IMG/VR virus record: IMGVR_UViG_3300020388_000011
Coordinates: 32,001 to 96,000 of that record
Strand: one strand, 5' to 3'
Origin: a virus
Lineage: Duplodnaviria; Caudoviricetes
DNA: 64,000 nucleotides
Both the position numbers and the translations under genes were made by a program. Shown in pieces: positions 31,102-40,452 of this stretch. Below the pieces are notes generated by a model. It did not search any database, was not told the DNA's origin, and worked only from the letters and a program-made list of their open reading frames with translations. How positions within the stretch are numbered: the first letter of the stretch is position 1; every line of letters begins with the position of its first letter.

Positions 31102-31812
31102 ATGGCTCTTCCAAAGATCGCCAAGGTGACCCATGAAGCCATTGTGCCTTCTACGGGTAATAAAATTAAGTTCCGTCCTTTCCTTGTTAAGGAAGAAAAA
31201 GTTCTTATTTTAGCTCGTGAGTCTAATGATCAAGCTGAAATGGTTAGGGGAATTAAAGATGTTATTGAGGCTTGTGTACTTACTAAAGGATTTTCTACAG
31301 AAAATCTAGCAACTTTTGACATTGAATACTTATTCCTATCTATCCGTGGCAAGTCTATTGGAGAAGATGTTGAAGTTATTATTACTTGTCCAGATGATGG
31401 TGTTACTCAAGTAACCCAGACAATTTACTTGGATGAGGTCAAAGTTGTTTTTGATGATGAGCATTCAGACAAAGTTAAAATTGATGATACGTACTCTATC
31501 CAGATGAAGTATCCTAATATTGAAACTGTTATGGGTGCAGATCAAGAAGACATCAGTATTACGGATAGCCTGGAACTAATCGCATCCTGCATTAGTATGA
31601 TTTTCTCTGAAGAAGAGTCCTGGGCAGCAACCGAATCATCAAAGGAAGAGTTGATTGAGTGGATAGAAGATTTAGAGCCAAAGCAGTTTGAAGGAATTGA
31701 AAAGTTCTTTACAACAATGCCCAAACTAAGTCATACCATTCAGGTTACTAATCCAGAAACTAAGGTGACTAGTGATGTTGTACTTGAGGGGCTAGGATCT
31801 TTTTTCGCATAA
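31102..31812 (+). CDS. gp26: Baseplate hub assembly protein
   Basis: MALPK, KFRPFLVKEEK.L, FDIEYLFL.IRGKS.GE, CPDD, FF.TMPKL and LEGL.SFF motifs. Confidence 0.9.
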   Translation: MALPKIAKVTHEAIVPSTGNKIKFRPFLVKEEKVLILARESNDQAEMVRGIKDVIEACVLTKGFSTENLATFDIEYLFLSIRGKSIGEDVEVIITCPDDGVTQVTQTIYLDEVKVVFDDEHSDKVKIDDTYSIQMKYPNIETVMGADQEDISITDSLELIASCISMIFSEEESWAATESSKEELIEWIEDLEPKQFEGIEKFFTTMPKLSHTIQVTNPETKVTSDVVLEGLGSFFA

Positions 31813-31814
31813 GT

Positions 31815-31985
31815 ATGGCTCATGAAGATCTTGAGTCATACTATAAAACAAACTTTGCACTTATTCAACACCATAAATACAGTCTTAGAGATATTGAAAA
31901 TCTAATCCCATGGGAAAGAGATATTTATGTCACTCTACTAAAGAACTGGATTGAGGAAGAAGAACAGCGCATAGCACAACAGTAA
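31815..31985 (+). CDS. gp51: Baseplate hub assembly catalyst (56 aa), not in the ORF track
   Basis: Translated by hand as MAHEDLESYYKTNFALIQHHKYSLRDIENLIPWERDIYVTLL..., the cyanophage gp51 signature. Confidence 0.85.
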   Translation: MAHEDLESYYKTNFALIQHHKYSLRDIENLIPWERDIYVTLLKNWIEEEEQRIAQQ

Positions 31986-31993
31986 TACTACAA

Positions 31994-33910
31994 ATGAGTT
32001 TATTTGGAGCTGCTAATTCAGGTGTTGATCCTCAATCGGGGGCATACCTGACAAAACAACAAAGAATCGCTATGTTCCGCGCTTCACGTGGGATGGGTGG
32101 TGGAAATAGTGGTGGATCCAATAAAGACGGTGGCGTACAGCCAAAATCGGCTATTGTTGTTGCTAATAAATTTGCAACTATAACGCAGACATTAAATAAT
32201 AATTTTCAACAATCAGCAACTAATATTTCTGATCAGGCTCAGAGTAATAAAAAGTCTATTGAAAATCTTTATAGAATTATCTCTGACAAGAGAGATCAAG
32301 AATTAAAAACTGAAAAGCAAGAGACTAGACAAGCTTCATTACAACTTGAAAAGAATAAAAGAACAGCAAGAGAGAATTTTGTTGAGGGATTGTCCAAGGC
32401 TGCTGCCGCAGCACTAGTACCACTACAGAAAACTGCCAATGCCGTAACCGGAAAGGTTATGAGTTTTTGGGATAAACTGAAAAGATTATTATTACTATTA
32501 GGTGGTGCTTGGCTGGTTGATAATCTACCAGAAATACTCGATAGTATTAAGTCATTTGATTTAAGTATTGATAGTTTTAGTACCGCTGTTGCTGGCATAT
32601 TGCCAAATGTTCGTGGTATTTTTAATATATTTGATGGGATTGTAAGGGGAATATTAAGAGGTGTTAGGAGGGTTGGATCTACTGCTTTTAGAATTGCTGC
32701 TAAAATCGGTGGTACAGCATTTAGAATTGCTAGAAAAGTATTTGACTCAATAATTGATGTAACATCTAGAGTCACTGGTGCAATATTTAATGGGATAAAA
32801 AAATTAGGAAGTAAGTTATTTGATTTATACAAGAGTGCCAAAAATACTCTTAGTGGTGGTCTTAAATCTGCCCAAGCTGCTAAAAATGCCAAGGTAACTA
32901 AACCAAAGGGATTATTTGGGAATATTGTTGATAAGTTGAGGCAGGGTGGGAGTAAAGTTAAATCTTTTGCTAGTAATGTTGGTGGTAAACTTGGCTTTGA
33001 TAAGATGCGCGAGGGTGCTGGTAACTTTATGCGTGGATTTACAGATTTCACAGACAAGGCAATGGAGAAATTAAATCCATTAAAAAGTTATGCGGTAAAG
33101 GAAGGTATTGCGGAAGGTAATCCCACAGGTAGACTAAAAGGAATAAAGAATCTCCTAACGAAGGTCTTTAATGCAGCTGGTATCGCTAGTACGGCAGGTA
33201 ACAAGTTACTAACAGGTATTGCAAAAATAGCAAGACCTCTTTTGAGACTTCCTGGAGTTGGTATTGCGGTTGATATAGCACTCAATAAAGCAGGTGGTCA
33301 AGGTAATCAAGAGGCTCTTATTAGAGGACTTGCTTCTGGTATTTCCGGTATGGTGGGAATGAAAGCTGGTGCTGCTATTGGTGCTGGTATTGGAACCGTA
33401 GCAATCCCAATTCCCGGTCTTGGAACTGGTATTGGTGGCATTTTAGGTGGTCTTATTGGTAGTATTCTTGCCGCAAATACAGCTGATGCTTTGGCTAAAG
33501 CTGGGATGACGATGGCTGGAATGGAAACCACGTCTGATGAGACGATGGCTGCTAATTATGGTAATATTATTGAAAATATTACTAACAATAATAATACAGC
33601 TACGGTTACTCCTGCCTCAGATAATAAAACAACTCACCCCGACAAGTCTATTAAAATTACTCCAGGAGATCGTATCGATGCTGGTAGCTTTAGTACACCA
33701 GATGGAATGCAATTGTCTGGTGGTCTTCCAGCTAGTACGTTTAACTTGCAGGAGCTTCCTCCAATTATGACCCGTATGCAAAAAGAGCAGCCAGAAGAAA
33801 TTCTTCCACAGCAGGAAGTTAAACCAATTAATACTAGAGATCCCCAGACTGATATTTACAGACACCTTGCTGGTAAGATATATCAGTTAACTGAGGTAGG
33901 TGCTAACTAA
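31994..33910 (+). CDS. Tape-measure-like / baseplate-associated helical protein
   Basis: Long amphipathic helices, a coiled coil and a glycine-zipper hydrophobic segment (GAAIGAGIGT..IPIPGLGTGIGGILGG). Positioned after gp26/gp51. Confidence 0.55.
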   Translation: MSLFGAANSGVDPQSGAYLTKQQRIAMFRASRGMGGGNSGGSNKDGGVQPKSAIVVANKFATITQTLNNNFQQSATNISDQAQSNKKSIENLYRIISDKRDQELKTEKQETRQASLQLEKNKRTARENFVEGLSKAAAAALVPLQKTANAVTGKVMSFWDKLKRLLLLLGGAWLVDNLPEILDSIKSFDLSIDSFSTAVAGILPNVRGIFNIFDGIVRGILRGVRRVGSTAFRIAAKIGGTAFRIARKVFDSIIDVTSRVTGAIFNGIKKLGSKLFDLYKSAKNTLSGGLKSAQAAKNAKVTKPKGLFGNIVDKLRQGGSKVKSFASNVGGKLGFDKMREGAGNFMRGFTDFTDKAMEKLNPLKSYAVKEGIAEGNPTGRLKGIKNLLTKVFNAAGIASTAGNKLLTGIAKIARPLLRLPGVGIAVDIALNKAGGQGNQEALIRGLASGISGMVGMKAGAAIGAGIGTVAIPIPGLGTGIGGILGGLIGSILAANTADALAKAGMTMAGMETTSDETMAANYGNIIENITNNNNTATVTPASDNKTTHPDKSIKITPGDRIDAGSFSTPDGMQLSGGLPASTFNLQELPPIMTRMQKEQPEEILPQQEVKPINTRDPQTDIYRHLAGKIYQLTEVGAN

Positions 33911-35862
33911 TGGCTAATCCCGCTGTCGCAACAAAAGCAATAGGAATTGCTAAAACTTTAGTAAGAGGTTCAAAATCTTTTCTTAAAGGAGTAGCTTCTA
34001 CTTCCAATTCTGTCATATCATCTACTGGAGATAAAATTAAAGCTACAAGTTTAAAAATTAAAAATGAAAATCTAAGTCAGAGGAGAAAGGAGAGAGATAC
34101 TGAGGAGCTTGAAAGAAGAGAAAGTAGGGAAAAGAAGAGAGAGAAAGGAATTGCACCTGCAGCAACTAAACTTGTAGATGTAGTTGTTAAAAAACCATTA
34201 GCTTCTTTATGGAAGCTTATAGCTGCTTGGGTTGTTGATAACTTACCTAAGATAATTAAGGAGGTTGAAATTTTTATTAAGAAGGTAAAAGTATTTACTG
34301 GATTTGTGAAAAGAGCTATTACTTCAGTAGGATCCACATTTAAGTCTCTTGGTAAAATTTTGAGTGCCTTTGTAAAAAATATAAAGGAGTTTGATTTTAC
34401 GGATAAATCAGGCAGGATTGAAACTGCTAAAAAAGAATTGGATGAAAATCTTGAGGATATATCTACATCCGTCAGTGAAATGGGAGCAGTCTGGGGAAGA
34501 GAGGAGGAGGAGCTAGATTATATTCTAGAGAAATTTAAAAGTGAGGATAATGTAAAAAAAATACGTGCTGAACTTGATAAAGAATTTAAAGATGAGGAGC
34601 CAGCTGCCGAACCACAAACACCTGCTGTTGGCAAAGACTCTAAATCTGGCAAAACATCAAATCGTCAGGCACTTTTAGATACAATTTCTTGGGCTGAGGG
34701 AACTTCAGGTCCTAAAGGATATAATACTTGGTTTGGTGGTAGAACTGACTTGGATTTAGCTAAGCTGACCATTAATCAGGTTGTTGCAGAGCAGAAAAAA
34801 AGGCAAAGGAATAAAGATCCCCGAGCAAGGTTCTGGGATGGTACAAAGTATGACTACAGCTTTGCTGTGGGTAAGTATCAAATGTTGGAACCAGGACCTG
34901 CCGCAGTAAAAGCTGGATTGGACCCATCAAAGGCTAAGTTTACTCCTGAAAACCAGGATAAAATGGCTATTGCTCAGTATATAAAAGGACAAGCTGGAAT
35001 GAAGGATTCCGAAATTGATTCCCCTCTTACTAGAGAAGGTATTGATAAATTAGCTCCTGTTTTTGCTTCTTTCCCGAATCTTATGGGTCCCGATAAATTC
35101 GGTAAAGTTGGAACAAATAGTAGTTTCTATGGGCAAGGTGGAAAGAAGGAAAGTGAAATTATGGATTTTTATTCAAAAGCTCAAGGGGCATCATCAAATA
35201 GACCTGAAACTAAACCTAAACCAGCAGTTCAGGCACCACAGCCAGCATCAGCTCCCACTGGAACATCTAAAGTTCAAGATGAGTTTATGGGTGGAACTTC
35301 TGGTAAAATTATAACTACTAGTAAATTCGGTATGAGAGAGCATCCTATACTTGGTGGTTACAAAATGCATAATGGTATTGATCTAGCTCCTCCTGGAGCT
35401 GGTTATAGGGTAGCATTGAAAGCTTCTGGTGAAGTTACTAGAGTAGATTTTGATGGGAGTGGATATGGTTACTTTGTAATTATCACTTCAAAGGAAACTG
35501 GGAAGAGTTATATGTTTGCCCACCTCAAATCCATTTATGTAAAGAAAGGTGATTCCTATACTGGGCAAGCTATTGGTGAGATTGGCAGTACAGGTACAAG
35601 TACTGGTATTCACCTCCATTATGAGGTTTATATTGGTGGTAAGGATGGTCGTGCCATTAATCCAGAACCATATCTTAATATGATAAGCATTGGCAAGAAA
35701 CTTTCAAAGAAAGAAACGGCTGCTCCAAGTAATGTAAATAGTAACTTATCGGGAGCAAAAAACGTTTTGTTGGATGGATTAGCTTCTATCAAGACTGGAG
35801 GAGCAAAGATTATTAATAATACAATATTAATGACCCAGAAAGAATATATTTCTAGCGAATAA
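33910..35862 (+). CDS. Virion protein with lysozyme-like and M23 peptidase domains
   Basis: ALLDTISWAEGT...YN..FGG...A.GKYQ (lambda-type muramidase) and HNGIDL...YMFAHL...STGIHLHYEV (M23). Confidence 0.85.
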   Translation: MANPAVATKAIGIAKTLVRGSKSFLKGVASTSNSVISSTGDKIKATSLKIKNENLSQRRKERDTEELERRESREKKREKGIAPAATKLVDVVVKKPLASLWKLIAAWVVDNLPKIIKEVEIFIKKVKVFTGFVKRAITSVGSTFKSLGKILSAFVKNIKEFDFTDKSGRIETAKKELDENLEDISTSVSEMGAVWGREEEELDYILEKFKSEDNVKKIRAELDKEFKDEEPAAEPQTPAVGKDSKSGKTSNRQALLDTISWAEGTSGPKGYNTWFGGRTDLDLAKLTINQVVAEQKKRQRNKDPRARFWDGTKYDYSFAVGKYQMLEPGPAAVKAGLDPSKAKFTPENQDKMAIAQYIKGQAGMKDSEIDSPLTREGIDKLAPVFASFPNLMGPDKFGKVGTNSSFYGQGGKKESEIMDFYSKAQGASSNRPETKPKPAVQAPQPASAPTGTSKVQDEFMGGTSGKIITTSKFGMREHPILGGYKMHNGIDLAPPGAGYRVALKASGEVTRVDFDGSGYGYFVIITSKETGKSYMFAHLKSIYVKKGDSYTGQAIGEIGSTGTSTGIHLHYEVYIGGKDGRAINPEPYLNMISIGKKLSKKETAAPSNVNSNLSGAKNVLLDGLASIKTGGAKIINNTILMTQKEYISSE

Positions 35863-35887
35863 ATAATGTAGGCGAATCTGTGTTGTA

Positions 35888-37219
35888 ATGTCAATTAGAC
35901 CATCTCTCTATAGAGTACTTACAATTAGAAAGGAAGATAGGACTGCAGATTTTAGACTAGCTGCGACGACTATTGATTTCTTTGAGGATGTCTTGTGCCC
36001 TACTGTTTCTTGTACTATTCAGATTGCTAATTCTGGTGGAGTAATTAAGAGTGATTCAACTGGTAAATATGTTTCTTTATACGAGGGAATGAAGATTCGT
36101 AAAGGTGAGGAAGTAGAACTTTTTATTCAGAGTAACTCAGCAACAAATCAAGATTTGGATTATGCGACCAGAAGATCACTATATGTTAATGATATTACTG
36201 AGTTAATTAGAGACGATAGGGCTGAATTCTTCAAGCTTCATTTATTTTCTAAAGAAGCTTACATGAATGAGATGGTATTTCTTGAGAAAAAATATGGTGA
36301 GTCAACTAGAATTAGTGATCACGTAGAGAATATAATTTCTGAAAGTTTTCAGTCTTCAATTGAGAGTGATATTGATCCAACCTCAGTAAATTATGGTTTC
36401 TGGGGAAGTCAGATGAAGCCATTTGAGGCGATAATGAAATTAGCAAGTAAAGCTAATTCGGAGGGTAGTATAACTTCAGAAACAGGAAATTCATCAGCAG
36501 GATTCTTTTTTTACCAGACCAGGAGAGGATTTGCTTTTAAGTCTATAGATAATCTGGTAGCCCAGTCAGTTGATGTACCCAAATATGTTTATACTGAATA
36601 TAATGGATCCCCTGTTGATTTCAAGCCAAGAGGAGATCTAACTTCACTGGACTATAAAATAAATCATTTTGTCATAAATCAAGCTGGAAGTTTAGCTGAA
36701 GATCTGCGCAAAGGAGTTATCTCTTCCTCTAGAAGGTTTTTTGATCCAGTTTCATTTAATGTTACTGTTGATAATATCTTTAGTCAAGATAATTATGGAA
36801 TTATTCCAACTCTAGGTGAGCCACTTAATGAGGAAACACCAAAATTAGGTAATATTGACTTATCCAAATTCCCAACTAAAATTATCACAGAAACTTTTGA
36901 TAAGGGTACTGCTAATCCAAAAGTAAGTACTAAAAATAATCTTGATCCAACATTATATTCATCTCAAAGAAAAATGAGATATAATTCTCTGTTTGCTCAA
37001 TCGGTTAGTATTCAGGTTCCCCTAAATACAAATTTACACGCAGGGGATTTAATAGAGTGTGTATTCGCTAGTATTGGTGATAGTGAACTAACGGAGCCAG
37101 ATAGAACCCAAATTAGCGGTATATATATGATAAAGGAATTGTGTCATCATTATGATCCAAGAACTTCTTATACATCTATGATGTTGACCAGAGACACTTA
37201 CGGCGAAAGACAGAAGTAA
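35888..37219 (+). CDS. Baseplate hub protein (gp27-like)
   Basis: FFFYQT..GF.FKSID.L, VPLN..LHAGD.I and SG.Y.IKELCH motifs; directly before gp5. Confidence 0.65.
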   Translation: MSIRPSLYRVLTIRKEDRTADFRLAATTIDFFEDVLCPTVSCTIQIANSGGVIKSDSTGKYVSLYEGMKIRKGEEVELFIQSNSATNQDLDYATRRSLYVNDITELIRDDRAEFFKLHLFSKEAYMNEMVFLEKKYGESTRISDHVENIISESFQSSIESDIDPTSVNYGFWGSQMKPFEAIMKLASKANSEGSITSETGNSSAGFFFYQTRRGFAFKSIDNLVAQSVDVPKYVYTEYNGSPVDFKPRGDLTSLDYKINHFVINQAGSLAEDLRKGVISSSRRFFDPVSFNVTVDNIFSQDNYGIIPTLGEPLNEETPKLGNIDLSKFPTKIITETFDKGTANPKVSTKNNLDPTLYSSQRKMRYNSLFAQSVSIQVPLNTNLHAGDLIECVFASIGDSELTEPDRTQISGIYMIKELCHHYDPRTSYTSMMLTRDTYGERQK

Positions 37220-37221
37220 TC

Positions 37222-39330
37222 ATGAGACTTTATTTCGGCAGAATTGCTCCAACAGAACCCCAGCAATCACAATTAGCTGGTGGTGGATGGTCTTGGAGAT
37301 ATAAAGTTCGTATTTTTGATAAACATCCTCCAGATAAGAATGTATTATCCGATGATGACTTACCGTGGGCTCAAGTATTGCTGCCTGTTACCGCAGGCTC
37401 TGGTGCCGCCAATTATGCGCAGACCCCATCATTAAATCAGGGGGATACTGTTAGTATTGCCTACTATGATGAAGATGAACAGCAACCAGTCATTACTGGA
37501 ATTCTTCCAAGAACTGATATAGTATCTAATGGTGATCCATCAGAAAACGGAAAAACGGGATATCTACCACATAGTGGATTTACAGAAAATAAAAATAAAA
37601 ATAGTAAAGTTCCTGATGATGAATCCAATCAAAATAATTTAAATAGCCAACCATCAAAGAGAACTGACAAATTAGCATCGGCTGTTGGTAGTAAAATTGC
37701 GTTGGCAGATACTTGTGATCCCAATGGATATAAAGCTTCTGCTGTAACCAATGAGATTAATAACTTACTGGCAGAAATTCAAAAATTTACTGACAATGTG
37801 GCTCGTGTTGAGTCTATGATTGCCGGTACAATTGATAGAGTACATGCTCTAGTGAATCCATATGTTGGAGAAATGATATTCAACTTATTTGATGGGTTAG
37901 TTCCTTTATTGAATGCTGGATTGAGTGCGTTATACAAAAAAACATTTGCCGCAGTTCTAGCAGCAACTCAAAATCCTGCTAAAGCTAAATTAGCAGCGGA
38001 AGCTGTTCTAATTGCTTTACAGCCACCAATTTTAATACTACAAGAAGCTATTCAATTGATAGCAAATGAAGTAGTCTCTGGTATGCTAACAAAAATTGAA
38101 GACCTAGTTAGAGATACTATCGAAAACAATGATAATTTCAGTAGCTGTGCTGGTGCTCAATTTAATTCTGCTCTAGTTAATTCAATTATTAATGATATTG
38201 ATGATGGTATTTCTCCATTACTAAGAGCTGTGGCGACTATTTTGAGTGGTGGATTTAGTACTGAAGATGCCCTACGATCCACTATAGATATTGTTAGAGA
38301 TTTTGCTGGGGGACTTTTGGCATTGAATCAGAGTGGTAATAAATGTAGTGGACTTGTGAAAGAATATATTGTTGGTCTTGGTGCTGCTGACAGTATTGGT
38401 GATATTTTGGACGATATACTTAAAGCAGCTAACGTTGCTAATGGGGCTATAGAAGAAATTACTGGTTCTGCTGATAGTTTGACCAGGCAATTTGGTGATT
38501 TCCCATTCTTGAGTGAATATTCTGGCAATACTAGTGCGATCTCTAATTGTACAACAGATCTCCCTACAACTTGTTTTGGACCACAAGTTCAAATTTTTGG
38601 GGGAAGGGGTGAAGGTGCTACAGCAGAGGCACTTGTTGGTAGGTATGTTGATACTGTAGATGAAAGAACTATCACCGATAAGCAAGGTGGTGTTGTTTCT
38701 ATCGAAGTGACTAATGGTGGGGAAGGTTATATATATCCACCATTTGTGGAAATTACAGACAACTGTGGGCTTGGGATTGGTGCTGTAGCAAGATCGGTTA
38801 TCAATAGGGAGGGTAAAGTAATTAGAATTTATATTGTAACTCCTGGAGAGGGCTATCCATCATCTGGTGAGGAGTTATTTGTTGTGAATGATGTACAGAT
38901 AATCACTGGCGGCTTTGGTTATTCTCCTGGTATCGTACAGGATCAGTATGGTGGAAGATATGAAGTACTTCCTAATGAAAGAGGAACGGTAATTAATATA
39001 TTACCAATTAATATCGTTCAAATCCCTAATGATGTTGATAGTAATGAACTTATCATCAATATACCTTCCGTAGATCCCCCAATTCCTCCTGGGGGAACTC
39101 TTGTTAACGACAGTCCAATTGCTTCTGAACCAATAAATACAGGTAAAATATATGATGCTAATGGTAAATTTGTAGCTAATGCCATTATTGGTAGTGGACT
39201 GACCTATACACCAGTCCTAGTGAGACTACCTACGGCAGAGCAAATTGCTGCTGGTGAGATTTCTGATAGTCTCACTCCAAGACTTCTACAGACAGAAGTT
39301 GTTCAAGTTATTGATTGTGTTGAGAGCTAA
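37222..39330 (+). CDS. gp5: Baseplate hub/central spike protein (N-terminal OB fold; no lysozyme domain seen)
   Basis: RYKVRI...H.......D.DLPWAQV..P.TAGSG and QQPVI.G form the gp5 OB-fold signature. Confidence 0.75.
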   Translation: MRLYFGRIAPTEPQQSQLAGGGWSWRYKVRIFDKHPPDKNVLSDDDLPWAQVLLPVTAGSGAANYAQTPSLNQGDTVSIAYYDEDEQQPVITGILPRTDIVSNGDPSENGKTGYLPHSGFTENKNKNSKVPDDESNQNNLNSQPSKRTDKLASAVGSKIALADTCDPNGYKASAVTNEINNLLAEIQKFTDNVARVESMIAGTIDRVHALVNPYVGEMIFNLFDGLVPLLNAGLSALYKKTFAAVLAATQNPAKAKLAAEAVLIALQPPILILQEAIQLIANEVVSGMLTKIEDLVRDTIENNDNFSSCAGAQFNSALVNSIINDIDDGISPLLRAVATILSGGFSTEDALRSTIDIVRDFAGGLLALNQSGNKCSGLVKEYIVGLGAADSIGDILDDILKAANVANGAIEEITGSADSLTRQFGDFPFLSEYSGNTSAISNCTTDLPTTCFGPQVQIFGGRGEGATAEALVGRYVDTVDERTITDKQGGVVSIEVTNGGEGYIYPPFVEITDNCGLGIGAVARSVINREGKVIRIYIVTPGEGYPSSGEELFVVNDVQIITGGFGYSPGIVQDQYGGRYEVLPNERGTVINILPINIVQIPNDVDSNELIINIPSVDPPIPPGGTLVNDSPIASEPINTGKIYDANGKFVANAIIGSGLTYTPVLVRLPTAEQIAAGEISDSLTPRLLQTEVVQVIDCVES

Positions 39331-39332
39331 CT

Positions 39333-40397
39333 ATGACTGCTAATTGGGAAAAAAGATCATTACATAGTTTTGGTTCTAATTTTAGAATAGATGTATGTAA
39401 TCCACAAACTACTACTGCTGGTAGTCAAATATATGAAATATATGGGGTAACCGATAAGGAAGAAGATGTAAACCTTGTGGGTTTGGGTGAGAATGGAAAC
39501 TTTCACATCTACAATGACAGAACTATTGAAATTGTTGGTGGACAAAAAGCAACATCTTCTGGGGTTGATATTTTAATCCAAGGCAAGAATGGAGATGTAT
39601 GTATTAATGCCGATAGAAATGGTAGAGTTCGTATTCGCGCCAAAGATATTACCCTACAAGCTGATGAGGATATTGATATAGTTGCTGGTAGAAATGTCAG
39701 TATTAAATCTGGATCTGGTCGTACTCTTATAGCAGGTAATGTTTTAGAGAAGAGTGGTCTTAAGGGAAACTTATTAGACGACGCTGCGCAGTGGGCTACT
39801 AGAGTATTTGAGGATACTGGTCTTCCTGCTGGTGCTTTTGGGGCATTACTCTCACCATTTTCAGGTCTTACTGATCTAGCTGGTGGTTTAATATCATCTC
39901 CTAGTTTGTTTTCTGGATTAGTTGATGGGGCTATTGGTGGAGCACTAACTGGAATTACTGGAGGTATTGGTGGTATTGCTAGTGGTGCTTTGGGAAGTCT
40001 TACTGGCGGTCTTGGTGATCTTGCTGGTGGTGCTTTAGGAAGTCTTACTGGCGGTCTTGGTGATCTTGCTGGCGGTCTTGTAGGTGACACTCTCGGTGGT
40101 GTGGTTGATGGTGCCCTTGGTGGAATTACTGGAGGTCTTGGTGGAATTGCTGATGGAGCCATTGGTGGGCTTACAGGTGGTCTTAATGATGTTGTAGGTG
40201 GTCTTACAGATGGTCTTACTTCTACTGTTAGTAGTTTAAGTGGTGGTCTCACTGAAACTGTGGGTGATTTTATGGGATTTGATCTCAATCAGACTGTTGG
40301 TGGGCTTGCCAATACTGCTACGAATACTCTTTTAAATGATCTCACATCAGGTCTAACTGACAATATTGGTAATTCTATTAATTTTGAAGAAGAATAG
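39333..40397 (+). CDS. gp5-C/spike-like beta-helix protein with a Gly/Leu repeat tail
   Basis: Alternating beta repeats (ITLQADEDIDIVAGRNVSIKSG), then about 170 aa of GGL(T/G) repeats. A 45-nt tandem repeat starts at 39984 and 40029. Confidence 0.55.
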   Translation: MTANWEKRSLHSFGSNFRIDVCNPQTTTAGSQIYEIYGVTDKEEDVNLVGLGENGNFHIYNDRTIEIVGGQKATSSGVDILIQGKNGDVCINADRNGRVRIRAKDITLQADEDIDIVAGRNVSIKSGSGRTLIAGNVLEKSGLKGNLLDDAAQWATRVFEDTGLPAGAFGALLSPFSGLTDLAGGLISSPSLFSGLVDGAIGGALTGITGGIGGIASGALGSLTGGLGDLAGGALGSLTGGLGDLAGGLVGDTLGGVVDGALGGITGGLGGIADGAIGGLTGGLNDVVGGLTDGLTSTVSSLSGGLTETVGDFMGFDLNQTVGGLANTATNTLLNDLTSGLTDNIGNSINFEEE

Positions 40398-40452
40398 CCC
40401 TCTGCTTCAACCCACCTAAATACACCAGCACCCGTTTTATTATTGACTAGTA

